DNA of 64,000 bases, from the NCBI GenBank assembly GCA_000146045.2, contig BK006938.2:96001-160000 (forward strand), given 5' to 3'. Of the stretch, positions 46,097-56,200 are shown piece by piece (position 1 is the stretch's first letter; each line of letters begins with the position of its first letter). Source of the DNA: TPA_inf: Saccharomyces. Lineage: Eukaryota. Position numbers and translations under genes: made by a program. The notes beneath the pieces were generated by a model. The model had not been told where the DNA came from. It did not search any database and worked only from the letters and a program-made list of their open reading frames with translations.

Positions 46097-48223
46097 ATGG
46101 CTACTGGCAGGATTCAATTTGCTGTTTCTACTCCCTGCAATACTAAGGGTAAACCGTCTGGTTATAGGTTATTTGAATTTAAAAACGATCGATTAGCACT
46201 GGTCCCATCAGAAAGAGGTTGTACAAAAGTAGATGTGAATGCAAATATACAAGCGTTTTGTTATTTAAGGCCTAATGGTAGAGACACGTCAATATCTCCA
46301 GACGCAACGCATATTTTGGACTCATGTGATTACATGGTGCTGGCTAAATCCAACGGATTCATTGAAATCATAAGCAACTATCAATACAAGATAAAAAATG
46401 GCCTGCGATTAGCGCCCTCTTATATCCTTAGATGTACTCCGGAAGATTTCGAATCCAATTTTTTTAGTGACTATATGATCGCTGGTCTTGAATATAGTCA
46501 AGGTTTATTATATTGTTGTATGTGCTCCGGTCGAATATATGTCTTTGTAATGAACCTTCCCACTGATTACATTCAGTATAAGAACATGTACAACCCCATG
46601 TTTCCAGATTGCTTTTTCAAAGTACATCACGATAATAATACAACACATTCTTCAGAAGAAGAAAAATTATTTGAAGGTAGTACGCGGTACACTGGAAGGT
46701 CATGCTCTAAGCATATCTGCTACTTCCTTTTGCCTATAGAACCATCCCATTTAAGATCGTCACCCGTGGTATCTTCGTTTTGCAATATGTATCAAGGCCT
46801 GCCCATATATAGGCCTTCGATGTATTTACATATAGAACGAGGTATTTCCACATTCCATATAAATCCATTAGACCGGTTTTGTTTCATGACAGTATCGCCA
46901 CGATCACCACTATTTATAAGGAAAATAATTTTACCATTGACTTATGTTACATTTTTAAGCACCTTTATCAGCCTAAAGAACAGTATACAGGGAGATACAT
47001 GCGGTGAGATACTTTCGTGGGACAACGTAGCGCAACAAAATGGATTTGGTTCTTTGTTCAGCTGGATTAGTAACAAGTTTACATTCGATACGGATATTAT
47101 AAATTCAACCATTTGGGATGATATTGTAAAATATTCTGGAACAGGAATGCTGGATTCAGGAATCGTCTGGAAACAGCGTCAAGGTCACGCTAAAGATGAC
47201 ATATATGAGTTATTCCACACTCAAGATATGCTGGGAAGTAGTCGCCGAAATTCTTCATTCAGTACTGCTAGCAGCGAACCGAGACCGCTGAGTCGAAGAA
47301 GGAGAGAATCTTTTCAAGCCTTAACTAGAGACGCTTTTAGAGAAAGAATGGATGTACCCTGTTCAACGAAGTGGGAATTAGATTCTTTTATCCGAGGATT
47401 AAGAAGGAATACATTTATGGTAGATTTTGAAATTGTTGAAAAGATTTCTCATAGAAATGGAAATGATGGGGTGAATGAAGATGATAACACTACAGATGAA
47501 AGTGATGAAACAATGACTTCTTTTCTAACAGATAATTACAAAAAGATGGACATTGTGTGCATCGATCATTTCGTCACGTTGAGTGCATTCCGACCTCGGT
47601 ACTATGATGAACCAATAATTAAAATCGATTCATTATCGAACAAAAATGGCTCTGAAAATGGAACTAATGAAGAAGAGTGGGCAGAAAGTCAAATGAAGGT
47701 GGATGGCCAAGTGATAGATGATGAGACAGCTCAATTCAAGCAGGCATTGGGAAATTTATGTTCATTCAAGAAATTATTTATGCTGGATGATTCTTTATGC
47801 TTTATATTGGACACACATGGAGTTTTGTTGATAAATAGATTTGAAATAAAAAATACCAAAAATTTGTTAAGGAATTCCAAGGATACTATTCGGATAATAC
47901 CCCATGATTTCGGATTGATTAATGATACAATTGTTATAATTAATGATATAGACGTAGGCACAGACAATGTTTGCGCCCTTACGTTTCACTTGGTGGTAAC
48001 ATCAATGGCAGGAGAGATAACTGTTCTTAAAGGCGAATTTTTCAAAAACTGCAGGTTAGGAAGAATAAAACTGTGCGATTCACTAAAGCTAAATAGAAAA
48101 GATCGGTTTGTCGACAAACTTGCTCTAATCGATTATGACGGTTTAAATGCACAAAAAAGAAGGTTAGATTACGATGAAAAGGACCTTTATACATTCATTG
48201 TGAAAAAGGTAAAAAGAGACTAA
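46097..48223 (+). CDS. Uncharacterised protein YDL176W (I believe this is the gene recently named GID12, a GID E3-ligase-associated factor; not certain)
   Basis: The track ORF starts at TTG (46088). The first ATG at 46097 gives 708 aa. No domain recognised by eye. Confidence 0.7.
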   Translation: MATGRIQFAVSTPCNTKGKPSGYRLFEFKNDRLALVPSERGCTKVDVNANIQAFCYLRPNGRDTSISPDATHILDSCDYMVLAKSNGFIEIISNYQYKIKNGLRLAPSYILRCTPEDFESNFFSDYMIAGLEYSQGLLYCCMCSGRIYVFVMNLPTDYIQYKNMYNPMFPDCFFKVHHDNNTTHSSEEEKLFEGSTRYTGRSCSKHICYFLLPIEPSHLRSSPVVSSFCNMYQGLPIYRPSMYLHIERGISTFHINPLDRFCFMTVSPRSPLFIRKIILPLTYVTFLSTFISLKNSIQGDTCGEILSWDNVAQQNGFGSLFSWISNKFTFDTDIINSTIWDDIVKYSGTGMLDSGIVWKQRQGHAKDDIYELFHTQDMLGSSRRNSSFSTASSEPRPLSRRRRESFQALTRDAFRERMDVPCSTKWELDSFIRGLRRNTFMVDFEIVEKISHRNGNDGVNEDDNTTDESDETMTSFLTDNYKKMDIVCIDHFVTLSAFRPRYYDEPIIKIDSLSNKNGSENGTNEEEWAESQMKVDGQVIDDETAQFKQALGNLCSFKKLFMLDDSLCFILDTHGVLLINRFEIKNTKNLLRNSKDTIRIIPHDFGLINDTIVIINDIDVGTDNVCALTFHLVVTSMAGEITVLKGEFFKNCRLGRIKLCDSLKLNRKDRFVDKLALIDYDGLNAQKRRLDYDEKDLYTFIVKKVKRD

Positions 48224-48483
48224 ATTGAGTTGCATAGATGTTAGCCATAATAGAAAATAGCGTATGAGGTAGCAGGAGTTATAAGACGTATTTACGTATA
48301 TGTATGTATATGTTATTATTATTACCTGTGATTGCACGAAGGCCTTTTTTTTTCACAACAAGAAGATGTAAGAAATTTACATGCTATTTTGATTAATGGT
48401 CGAATTAGGTATTGTCTTTAATCTTTCATTAAGAAAATATAATGTAACCAAGAACAGCTTGTTAAAGGGCTTCCTATTTAAAG

Positions 48484-49518
48484 TTATCTTCTTTTCCCCA
48501 AGGTACCACTCCTATATGGTTGATAAGAATTGTAGTTTCTGTAATTGGAAGAGTTGGAAATGCTGTTATTATCAACATAAGTAGAAGGGTTATATCTGGA
48601 GCCATACATATTCTCCGATATCGACGAGACGTTTACTTTTGTATTTTGATACCGTGAATTTTTACTAATATTATTATTGAGTGACAGCGTCTCGCCCCTT
48701 ATAGTTGGTTGAATGACATTAGACTTTTGATAAGGAGGAGGATGGAAGTTCGATGCTCTACGTTTATTTCTGCCACTATGAGAGTGATCGTTTTGGGAAT
48801 GTCTTTTATGGGAAGGTCTCGGTAGTGGATCCTCATCGTATATGGACTCACTAAATTGATAGTCTTCATTTTCGTCCGAATTTCTGTTCATGTGACGGTA
48901 ATATTCCTGTTTTAGCTCAACTGACAAATTAGAACCAGTGAACGCACTTCCATCCTCGTTAGGTACTCTAGATGATCGTTTTTCCTTGCAATCATCACCA
49001 AAGTGCCCCTTTCCACCGCAGTTATAACAGTATATAGTATGAAAGGGAAGGACCTTGGGCTTAGCCTTTTCATTATCATCTACTAAAATATATGCTCTCC
49101 ATATACTAGGACATCTTTCTTTTGAGTGTTTCTTACTCTTACAAAGAGTGCACTGAACTTTTTTCCATTTATGTGGACATTGTGACCTGTAATGACCCAC
49201 CTCATCACACTTTGAACACTGGATAGCCTTCGGACAATGTCGAGAATAATGATCATCCGTCGCCCCACAGTACGAACATATTATATGGGGACAATCCTTC
49301 TTCAAATGACCTCTTTGAGAGCAATTATTACATTTAGGTGCTGCCTCTTTAATGGCATCCTTGTCATCATCGCTTACGCCAAAATATCTACCCTGCCCTC
49401 TAAGAGCTCTTAATTCGTTGGGATTACTATTTACTTCCTCTATAGAAGGTGCTACAAGTTTATCTGGAGGAGTTGTGGGTGCCGTATCGACGACAAATGG
49501 TGCCGTATTTTTTTCCAT
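48484..49518 (-). CDS. AIR2: TRAMP-complex zinc-knuckle RNA-binding protein, YDL175C
   Basis: The track ORF starts at TTG. The first ATG (complement 49516-49518) gives 344 aa. Five tandem CCHC zinc knuckles: CNNCSQRGHLKKDC, CSYCGATDDHYSRHC, CSKCDEVGHYRSQC, CTLCKSKKHSKERC and CYNCGGKGHFGDDC. Confidence 0.85.
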   Translation of the reverse strand: MEKNTAPFVVDTAPTTPPDKLVAPSIEEVNSNPNELRALRGQGRYFGVSDDDKDAIKEAAPKCNNCSQRGHLKKDCPHIICSYCGATDDHYSRHCPKAIQCSKCDEVGHYRSQCPHKWKKVQCTLCKSKKHSKERCPSIWRAYILVDDNEKAKPKVLPFHTIYCYNCGGKGHFGDDCKEKRSSRVPNEDGSAFTGSNLSVELKQEYYRHMNRNSDENEDYQFSESIYDEDPLPRPSHKRHSQNDHSHSGRNKRRASNFHPPPYQKSNVIQPTIRGETLSLNNNISKNSRYQNTKVNVSSISENMYGSRYNPSTYVDNNSISNSSNYRNYNSYQPYRSGTLGKRR

Positions 49519-49825
49519 GACTGCGAGGAAGTGATGTAAGCTGCTATCGTTGTACAGGTAAGGTTTAATTCTCTCTGATGCTGCCAATAGTCATAACTTT
49601 TTTCGAAATGTTTCTTCCCATCCCATTAGTGTTTGAAGGAAAAAAAGGCACTACCCGGATCATGAATACATTTGATGGTAATAATATATATCACATTTTT
49701 AAGCATGTATTAGCTACTGGGAAAGGGCATTTTGAAATGGTATGTTTTCTTTAAGGATGAACTATATATATTACATGAAATATATTTCAGGTTTACGTGA
49801 AGGGTGAAAAAGGAAAATCAGATAC

Positions 49826-51589
49826 TCACCTGTAATCATTAGCGGGCTCGTTTGGATCAGTTTTAAAGATTTTGTCCGGGTTCATGATTCTCTTTGGGTC
49901 AATAGCTAGCTTAATCTTTCTCATCAAATCGACGGGTGCTTCACCTAATTCTTCGAGCAAGTACTCTCTTTTACCAATACCAACACCGTGTTCACCCGTG
50001 CAAGTGCCTTCTGCGTTCAGTGCTCTCTTGACCATTCTGTCAACAAGTTGGCTACAGGTTTCGTGTTCTTCAGGGGTTCTGTAGACGATGAATGCATGGA
50101 AGTTACCATCACCTGCATGACCAACAATGGCGTTGATCAGCTTACTAGCTTGCATGTCCTTTTTAGTTTCGTGAATAACCTTGTCGAACTGCGACACAGG
50201 AACAGCTACATCAGTTGTCCAAATTTTAGCTGATTTGTCTTTGCTCTTATCAGCGTCTAGCACAGACCATAGCGCGACCTTTCTAGCTTCCCATAATTCC
50301 AATTTTTCGTCATCATCTTTAGCAAACTGAAAACTGTTGCAGTGATTTAACTGGGCGACAGCCTTAACTTCATCCACAAGAGCATTGACAATGTTGGGAG
50401 ATCTCCCACCAATCTTGAAAAACATAGTTGGTTTCTCTACCCAATCACATCTGTCCGTGGATTCAGATGCGTTGATCAACTTCATCATATTTTCATCCAG
50501 TAACTCCATGGCGTTCAAATGAATACCACTCTGAGTCAGATTAGAAGCACATGCGGCCGCATCCTTGATAGTATCAAAGGATACCACCGCAACAGTTTCA
50601 GCTTTGGGCTTGACATGACACTTGACAGTAGCTTCAGTAACAATACCTAAGGTACCTTCACTTCCCACAAATAAACCATTTAAGTTATAGCCAGCGCTCG
50701 ACTTTCTGGGTCTTTTCTTCGTCTTGACAATGGTCCCGTCCGGCAACACTATAGTCATGTTTATAATATTCTCCTTCATGGTACCGTAACGGTAGGCGTT
50801 GGTTCCTGAACAAGAATTAGCAATGCAACCACCAATCTGTGCACCTGGACCAGGGTCACAGCCAAACATCAAACCGTGGTCGCTCAAATAGTCATTCAAA
50901 TCCTCCCAGGGTAGACCGGCCTGCACGGTGATGTCCAGGTCCAGCTTGTCAAATTTTACGACGTTATTCATAAACTTGGACAGGTCTACGGTTATGGTAT
51001 CTCCAATTCTTGTAGGCAGGAAGTGCCCCTCCAAGGACGTTCCGCCCGAGAAGGGTACAACTGGCATGTTGTTATCGTGACATATTTTCAAAATTTTGGA
51101 AACTTCTTCGGTAGTATGAGGGAATAATATAATCCTAGGTCTTTGCTCGGGAGAGGGGTGATGCGTGTTGAAGTAGGTATCTGAATGGGCGTCCAAATCG
51201 GATTTCGCATCAGAGTAGTTTTCAGGCTTGTTTCCCAGCACCTGCTTCAGGTCCTCAACAACCTTATCGATCTTAACCGGGTCGTGCAAATAGTCTGGTG
51301 AGTCCAATGAGGACAGCTTTAACGTAGAATTTACTGGGTCGATCTTTTTGACCATTTCCAGCTTCTCTATCAAATCTTCCTTAGTCTCCCTAGAATAGAG
51401 GTTCTTAGCGAACAAATAACCGAATAGAGTAGCTGAAGAGGCGATGACAGAGTATTTTAACCACTGGCTGCTGCTGTCGGTGCTGCCTGTGCCTGTTGAG
51501 GCGTATCTGTAGCATGATCTTCTCACCAGCCTTCCTCTAGGTTGTGCAATAGGCTTTATTAGCCTTGTGCAAGTACGCTTCCACAACAT
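49826..51589 (-). CDS. DLD1: Mitochondrial inner-membrane D-lactate:cytochrome c oxidoreductase (FAD), YDL174C
   Basis: The track ORF starts at TTG. The first ATG (complement 51587-51589) gives 587 aa, beginning MLWKRTCTRLIKPIAQPRGRLVRRS (an MTS) followed by a TM anchor. FAD-binding PCMH domain (VVPFSGGTSLEGHF). Confidence 0.85.
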   Translation of the reverse strand: MLWKRTCTRLIKPIAQPRGRLVRRSCYRYASTGTGSTDSSSQWLKYSVIASSATLFGYLFAKNLYSRETKEDLIEKLEMVKKIDPVNSTLKLSSLDSPDYLHDPVKIDKVVEDLKQVLGNKPENYSDAKSDLDAHSDTYFNTHHPSPEQRPRIILFPHTTEEVSKILKICHDNNMPVVPFSGGTSLEGHFLPTRIGDTITVDLSKFMNNVVKFDKLDLDITVQAGLPWEDLNDYLSDHGLMFGCDPGPGAQIGGCIANSCSGTNAYRYGTMKENIINMTIVLPDGTIVKTKKRPRKSSAGYNLNGLFVGSEGTLGIVTEATVKCHVKPKAETVAVVSFDTIKDAAACASNLTQSGIHLNAMELLDENMMKLINASESTDRCDWVEKPTMFFKIGGRSPNIVNALVDEVKAVAQLNHCNSFQFAKDDDEKLELWEARKVALWSVLDADKSKDKSAKIWTTDVAVPVSQFDKVIHETKKDMQASKLINAIVGHAGDGNFHAFIVYRTPEEHETCSQLVDRMVKRALNAEGTCTGEHGVGIGKREYLLEELGEAPVDLMRKIKLAIDPKRIMNPDKIFKTDPNEPANDYR

Positions 51590-51678
51590 TGTTCTTGCTT
51601 TTGTTTCCAGCTGGATCGGAATGATGTACAATATTTAAATTGCACTATAACACGGAAGCTCAAGAAATCTTTCCAGCC

Positions 51679-51710
51679 CACACACACACACACATATATA
51701 TATACATATG
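51679..51710. repeat. (CA)8(TA)5 dinucleotide microsatellite in the DLD1/PAR32 divergent promoter
   Basis: CACACACACACACACATATATATATACATATG, read directly from the sequence. Confidence 0.9.
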
Positions 51711-52190
51711 TAGTTCCGAGTGCAAAATCGCTAAGCGGTTATTACTGCACCAGTTGGGGCCAACTACGCTGGATCGACGTGGGATTGGCAGGGAAGAACT
51801 TCGAGGGAGGTGGTCGGAGAAGAGAGTGGGATGCGGGCGTGGGGGTCTGCTGTTACTTTTATCGGCACAACGGACCTGGGTTGACAAGAGCTTGAAGGCT
51901 CCAAGAGACAGCGACCGTCGGCGCCGAATGACGAAACTATGCTGTGTGTGACCAGGCGAACAACATTGAGAGAGTTGAGGAGCCGTACGGACAGCTGTTT
52001 GTAGTGATATTTCCTTGTTGTAACCAGACGAGTTCCTTTATAACGTTTTGAAATGTTTCATAGGGTTACCCTGACAGAGCGGTGGCTTATGTCAAAAAGG
52101 CTGACGCTGATACTAATGACGGTCAATGGAAGCATATGAGCAAAAGCAGCAGCAGCGTTAGCAGCAGCAGTAGCGTAAGACCAAGTTAGT

Positions 52191-53078
52191 ATGGCTACGT
52201 TCAACCCACAAAACGAGATGGAGAACCAGGCACGTGTACAAGAGTACAAGGTCTCCACTGGCAGAGGCGGAGCTGGCAACATCCATAAATCTATGTCCAA
52301 GCCGTCTCCCGTACTTCTTCCATTGAAATCCAATTCAAAGACAGTAGCAAACAACAATAATAACGGTAGCAACCAGGAAAAGGTTCCTCGTTTTGCAATT
52401 GGTAGAGGTGGTGCCGGTAATATCTTTCATGATCCGCACCTGACGAGATCCGCCCAACAACTGGACTCTAACGACAATATCAACTATAACGACGTGATCA
52501 ATGACATCGACGATTATATTTCCCCTATAACTTCGGATATGGTGGATGAAGGTGGGTCAAACCCGGTGACCAACACCAGGTCTCGTATCAGCGCTACAAG
52601 GAGCCATCAGTCTTTGCATGCCACCACTTCGTCTCCGAACAACAACGCCCCAATTGTCGTTGGTAGAGGTGGGGCAGGAAACATTTTCTTCAACAAAAAA
52701 AAGGTGGCCAGCAATGGTGGAAATGAAGAGGATGAGATACGAGGCGGCAATATCGAGGATGAGGATACTATCAATGCAAACGAGGACAACCTGTTTGTGG
52801 TGACTTCCAATGGCAATGCTTTGGCGGCAATCAAGTCCACGTCCAAGAAGCCTAAAAATAAGCTCAAGGGCAAAAGCGCACCGGAAAAATTTGCTATTGG
52901 AAGAGGTGGCGCTGGAAACATAATTTCTCCAAAGTCAAGCAGGAACACTATCAACCATAACTTAAACGATGATGATGAAGATAAGTTTAATTTGAAAGAT
53001 GACAATGGTAAAGAGAAGAAGAAGAAGAAGAAGAAGAAATCAGGGTTTTTCAGTTCTTTGAAAACTATGTTTAATTGA
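52191..53078 (+). CDS. PAR32: Low-complexity cytoplasmic protein with four GRGGAGNI repeats, YDL173W
   Basis: 295 aa, ATG at 52191. The motif (I/V/T)GRGGAGNI occurs four times, at about nt 52261, 52401, 52659 and 52899. Poly-Lys stretch near the C-terminus. Confidence 0.85.
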   Translation: MATFNPQNEMENQARVQEYKVSTGRGGAGNIHKSMSKPSPVLLPLKSNSKTVANNNNNGSNQEKVPRFAIGRGGAGNIFHDPHLTRSAQQLDSNDNINYNDVINDIDDYISPITSDMVDEGGSNPVTNTRSRISATRSHQSLHATTSSPNNNAPIVVGRGGAGNIFFNKKKVASNGGNEEDEIRGGNIEDEDTINANEDNLFVVTSNGNALAAIKSTSKKPKNKLKGKSAPEKFAIGRGGAGNIISPKSSRNTINHNLNDDDEDKFNLKDDNGKEKKKKKKKKSGFFSSLKTMFN

Positions 53079-53100
53079 AATAACATTCATCAGCAAAATT

Positions 53101-53116
53101 AATAAACTAAATAAAA

Positions 53117-53168
<52 letters not shown>
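53101..53168. repeat. (AAAT)n microsatellite, about 14 units
   Basis: aataaactaaataaaataaataaataaataaataaataaataaataaataaataaataaataaataa, lying between the convergent 3' ends of PAR32 and GLT1. Confidence 0.95.
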
Positions 53169-53202
53169 ATACGATCATAAAATAAATAATAACTCAAGCT
53201 TT

Positions 53203-56200
53203 TTAGACTTGACTAGCTAATTCTTTCAATAGTTTGTAATCACGTTGAACGATACCACCATTACTTGGTAGATACGTAGTGCCGTCCATTAGGAACTTAT
53301 CGACAGAGGCAGCACATTTTCTACCTTCTTGGATGGCCCAGACAATCAAAGATTGCCCTCTTCTACAGTCACCACATGCAAAAGTCTTTCCTCCATCAAT
53401 AGAGTATGAGGAGTCGTCGAGTGTGGCAATCGTACCACGTCTTGTCTTCTTAACTTCGTTATCGTTGCCATTGATCAATTCAGGACCCACGAAACCCATA
53501 GACAACAAAATGATATCGGCTTCAAAGATCTCTTCACTGTTGGGAATTTCTACCATTTGCCATACGCCACTTTGTGACTTCTTCCATTCTACGCGCACAG
53601 TTCTGATGGCAGTGACTTCACCCTCATCGTTACCGATAAATTCCTTGGACAAGATGCAGTATTCACGAGGGTCTCTACCATAATGCTCTTTCACTTCAGC
53701 ATGACCGTAGTCCACTCTCATGACACGCGGCCATTGAGGCCATGGATTGTCTTTGGCACGTTCCACTGGTGGCTCAGGCAACAATTCGAAATTCAAAACT
53801 GATGCTGCACCGTGTCTTACAGATGTACCTAAACAATCGTTACCTGTGTCACCACCACCGACAACAATTACTTTCTTACCTTGGATCTTTTCACGAATGA
53901 TTTCCAGATCTTTGTTCAATAAAGCTTTTGTGTTAGATTCCAACAACTGCATGGCAAAATCAATATTCTTCAATTCACGACCCTTAATAGGTAAGTCACG
54001 TGGAATGGTAGAACCGATAGCATACACTACTGCATTGTGCTTGTTCTTTAGCTCATCCATGCTTATGGTTTTACCAATTTCGGTGTTGGTAACAAAGTCA
54101 ATACCTTCGGCACTCAATAGATCAATACGACGTTGCACTATAGCCTTATCCAACTTCATGTTTGGAATACCATACATCAATAACCCACCACAACGGTCGG
54201 ATCTTTCATAAACAGTGACCGTATGTCCGGCACGGTTCAACATATCAGCACACGCTAAACCTGCTGGACCAGAACCAATGACACCCACTGTAAAGCCAGT
54301 GCGTGTACTTGGTGGACAAGGCTTAATCCATCCTTCCTTGAAAGCATTGTCAATGATAATTCTTTCAACCGATTTTATGCCGACTGGGTCTTCAATAATA
54401 CCTAGTGTACAAGCTCCCTCACAGGGTGCTGGACATACTCTTCCAGTGAATTCTGGGAAATTGTTTGTCTCTAGCAATTTGTCCAGTGCCAACTTCCATT
54501 GGTTCTTGAATAACAATTCATTAAACTTGGGGATAATGTTAGATAGGGGACAACCGGTATCAGATAAACAGAATGGTGTACCACAATCCATACATCTCGC
54601 AGTTTGATATTTGGCATCCTTCTTGGTAATAGGGTTAGTAAATTCTTTCCAGTCATTAACTCTGGTTCTTGGATCTCTGTGTGTCTCATGACGACGTTTG
54701 TGGATCATAAAACCACGTGTTTTTTCAATCCTTTCGCTATTCTTCTCTAGCTGTTTGGAATCTGGAACTGCATCTTCTAAATCAACAACCTTAGGCTCCT
54801 TCAAAGTGGCCTTATTTGAAATAGTAATACTCTTCTTTTTTTCTTGCTCTTTAGCTTTTTGATTAGCAATCAATAGAGTATTGACTTCGTCATCAACTTC
54901 TTGGTTCGATCTAAACTTCTTTAAGTATTCTGAAGTTGCCTTAGCCTTTGCCTTGGCAGCTTCTGCTTTCTCCTTCAACAAAACTTTCTTATAATCAGTT
55001 GGAATGACTTTAACGAAATCTTTCAAATAATGGTTGAAATTACCGAGAATCCTGGCTGCTAGATCAGATTGTGTGTAGTTCCAATGCTCCTGGATCAAAT
55101 TCTTAACAAACGCAATCTCGACCGGGTCACATAATGATTCTAACTCAACAGTATCTTTGTTAATCTTTCCAACAAAATCGTCGTAATCGGAAGTTAAACA
55201 GTATGCAATACCACCAGTAGCACCAGAGAAGGCGTTTAGGGATTCCATTTGTGATAAGACAATGGCACGACCACCAGTCATATACTCAAAGGCATTGTTA
55301 CCCTTAATTCTCTCAACAACGATGGTGGCACCAGAGTTTCTGACACCGAAACGCTCACCGGCACTACCTGAAATGAATGCAGTACCAGAAGTAGCACCAT
55401 AGAAACAAGTGTTACCAACAATTACATTTTCATCACTCTTGAATTTAGAATCCTTTGGTGGTTTAATGACAATAATACCACCGGATAAACCTTTACCAAC
55501 ATAATCATTAGCATCACCATTCAAGATAAAAGTGATACCAGAAGCTAGGAAAGCACCAAAAGATTGACCCGCTGAACCTTCTATGTTAACGACAACGGTG
55601 TCCTTTGGCAAACCATCTTCACCAAATTTCTTCGAGACTCTGTAAGATAAAGTAGAACCGAGTGCACGATCAGTATTGATTATAGAGGCGTCAATATTCA
55701 CTGGTAAGCCACGATCCAAAGTAACTTCAGCCTCATCGATTAACTTATTATCTAGACGGGTGTGGAGTTTGTGGTCTTGTTTCTTAGTGAACTTGGTTGG
55801 AACACCTGGACGAATAACATGTGCTGGGGTCAAAATAGGAGATAAATCGATATTTATGGCTTTGGCATTTACGTCGTCCCTTTTCTTTAATTTTTCAGAA
55901 TGACCCACCATTTCGTCAATGGTACGGAATCCTAACTTGGCCATGATTTGTCTTAAATCTTGGATCAAGTAATAGAAGAAGTTGATAACATGTTCGGGCT
56001 GACCCTTAAACTTACTTCTCAAATATGGATCTTGTGTGGCAATACCAACAGCACAAGAGTTCAAGTGACATCTTCTTAACATAACACAACCCATAGCAAT
56101 TAATGGAACTGTTGCCAAGGTAAAAGATTCTGCCCCTAATAAAACTGCAACAGCAATATCAAACCCAGTTCTCAATTGACCATCGGTTTGGACAACAACA

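Noticed and set aside
51640-51951. Overlapping 103-aa (+) and 75-aa (-) ORFs upstream of DLD1
   Set aside because: They fall in a GC-rich promoter block and both strands are open simply because of composition. No coding signature.
52607-53086. 159-aa - strand ORF antisense to PAR32 (YDL172C-like)
   Set aside because: It lies entirely within PAR32 on the opposite strand. Its poly-Phe and Ser-Leu composition mirrors PAR32's Lys/Glu codons. Chance ORF.
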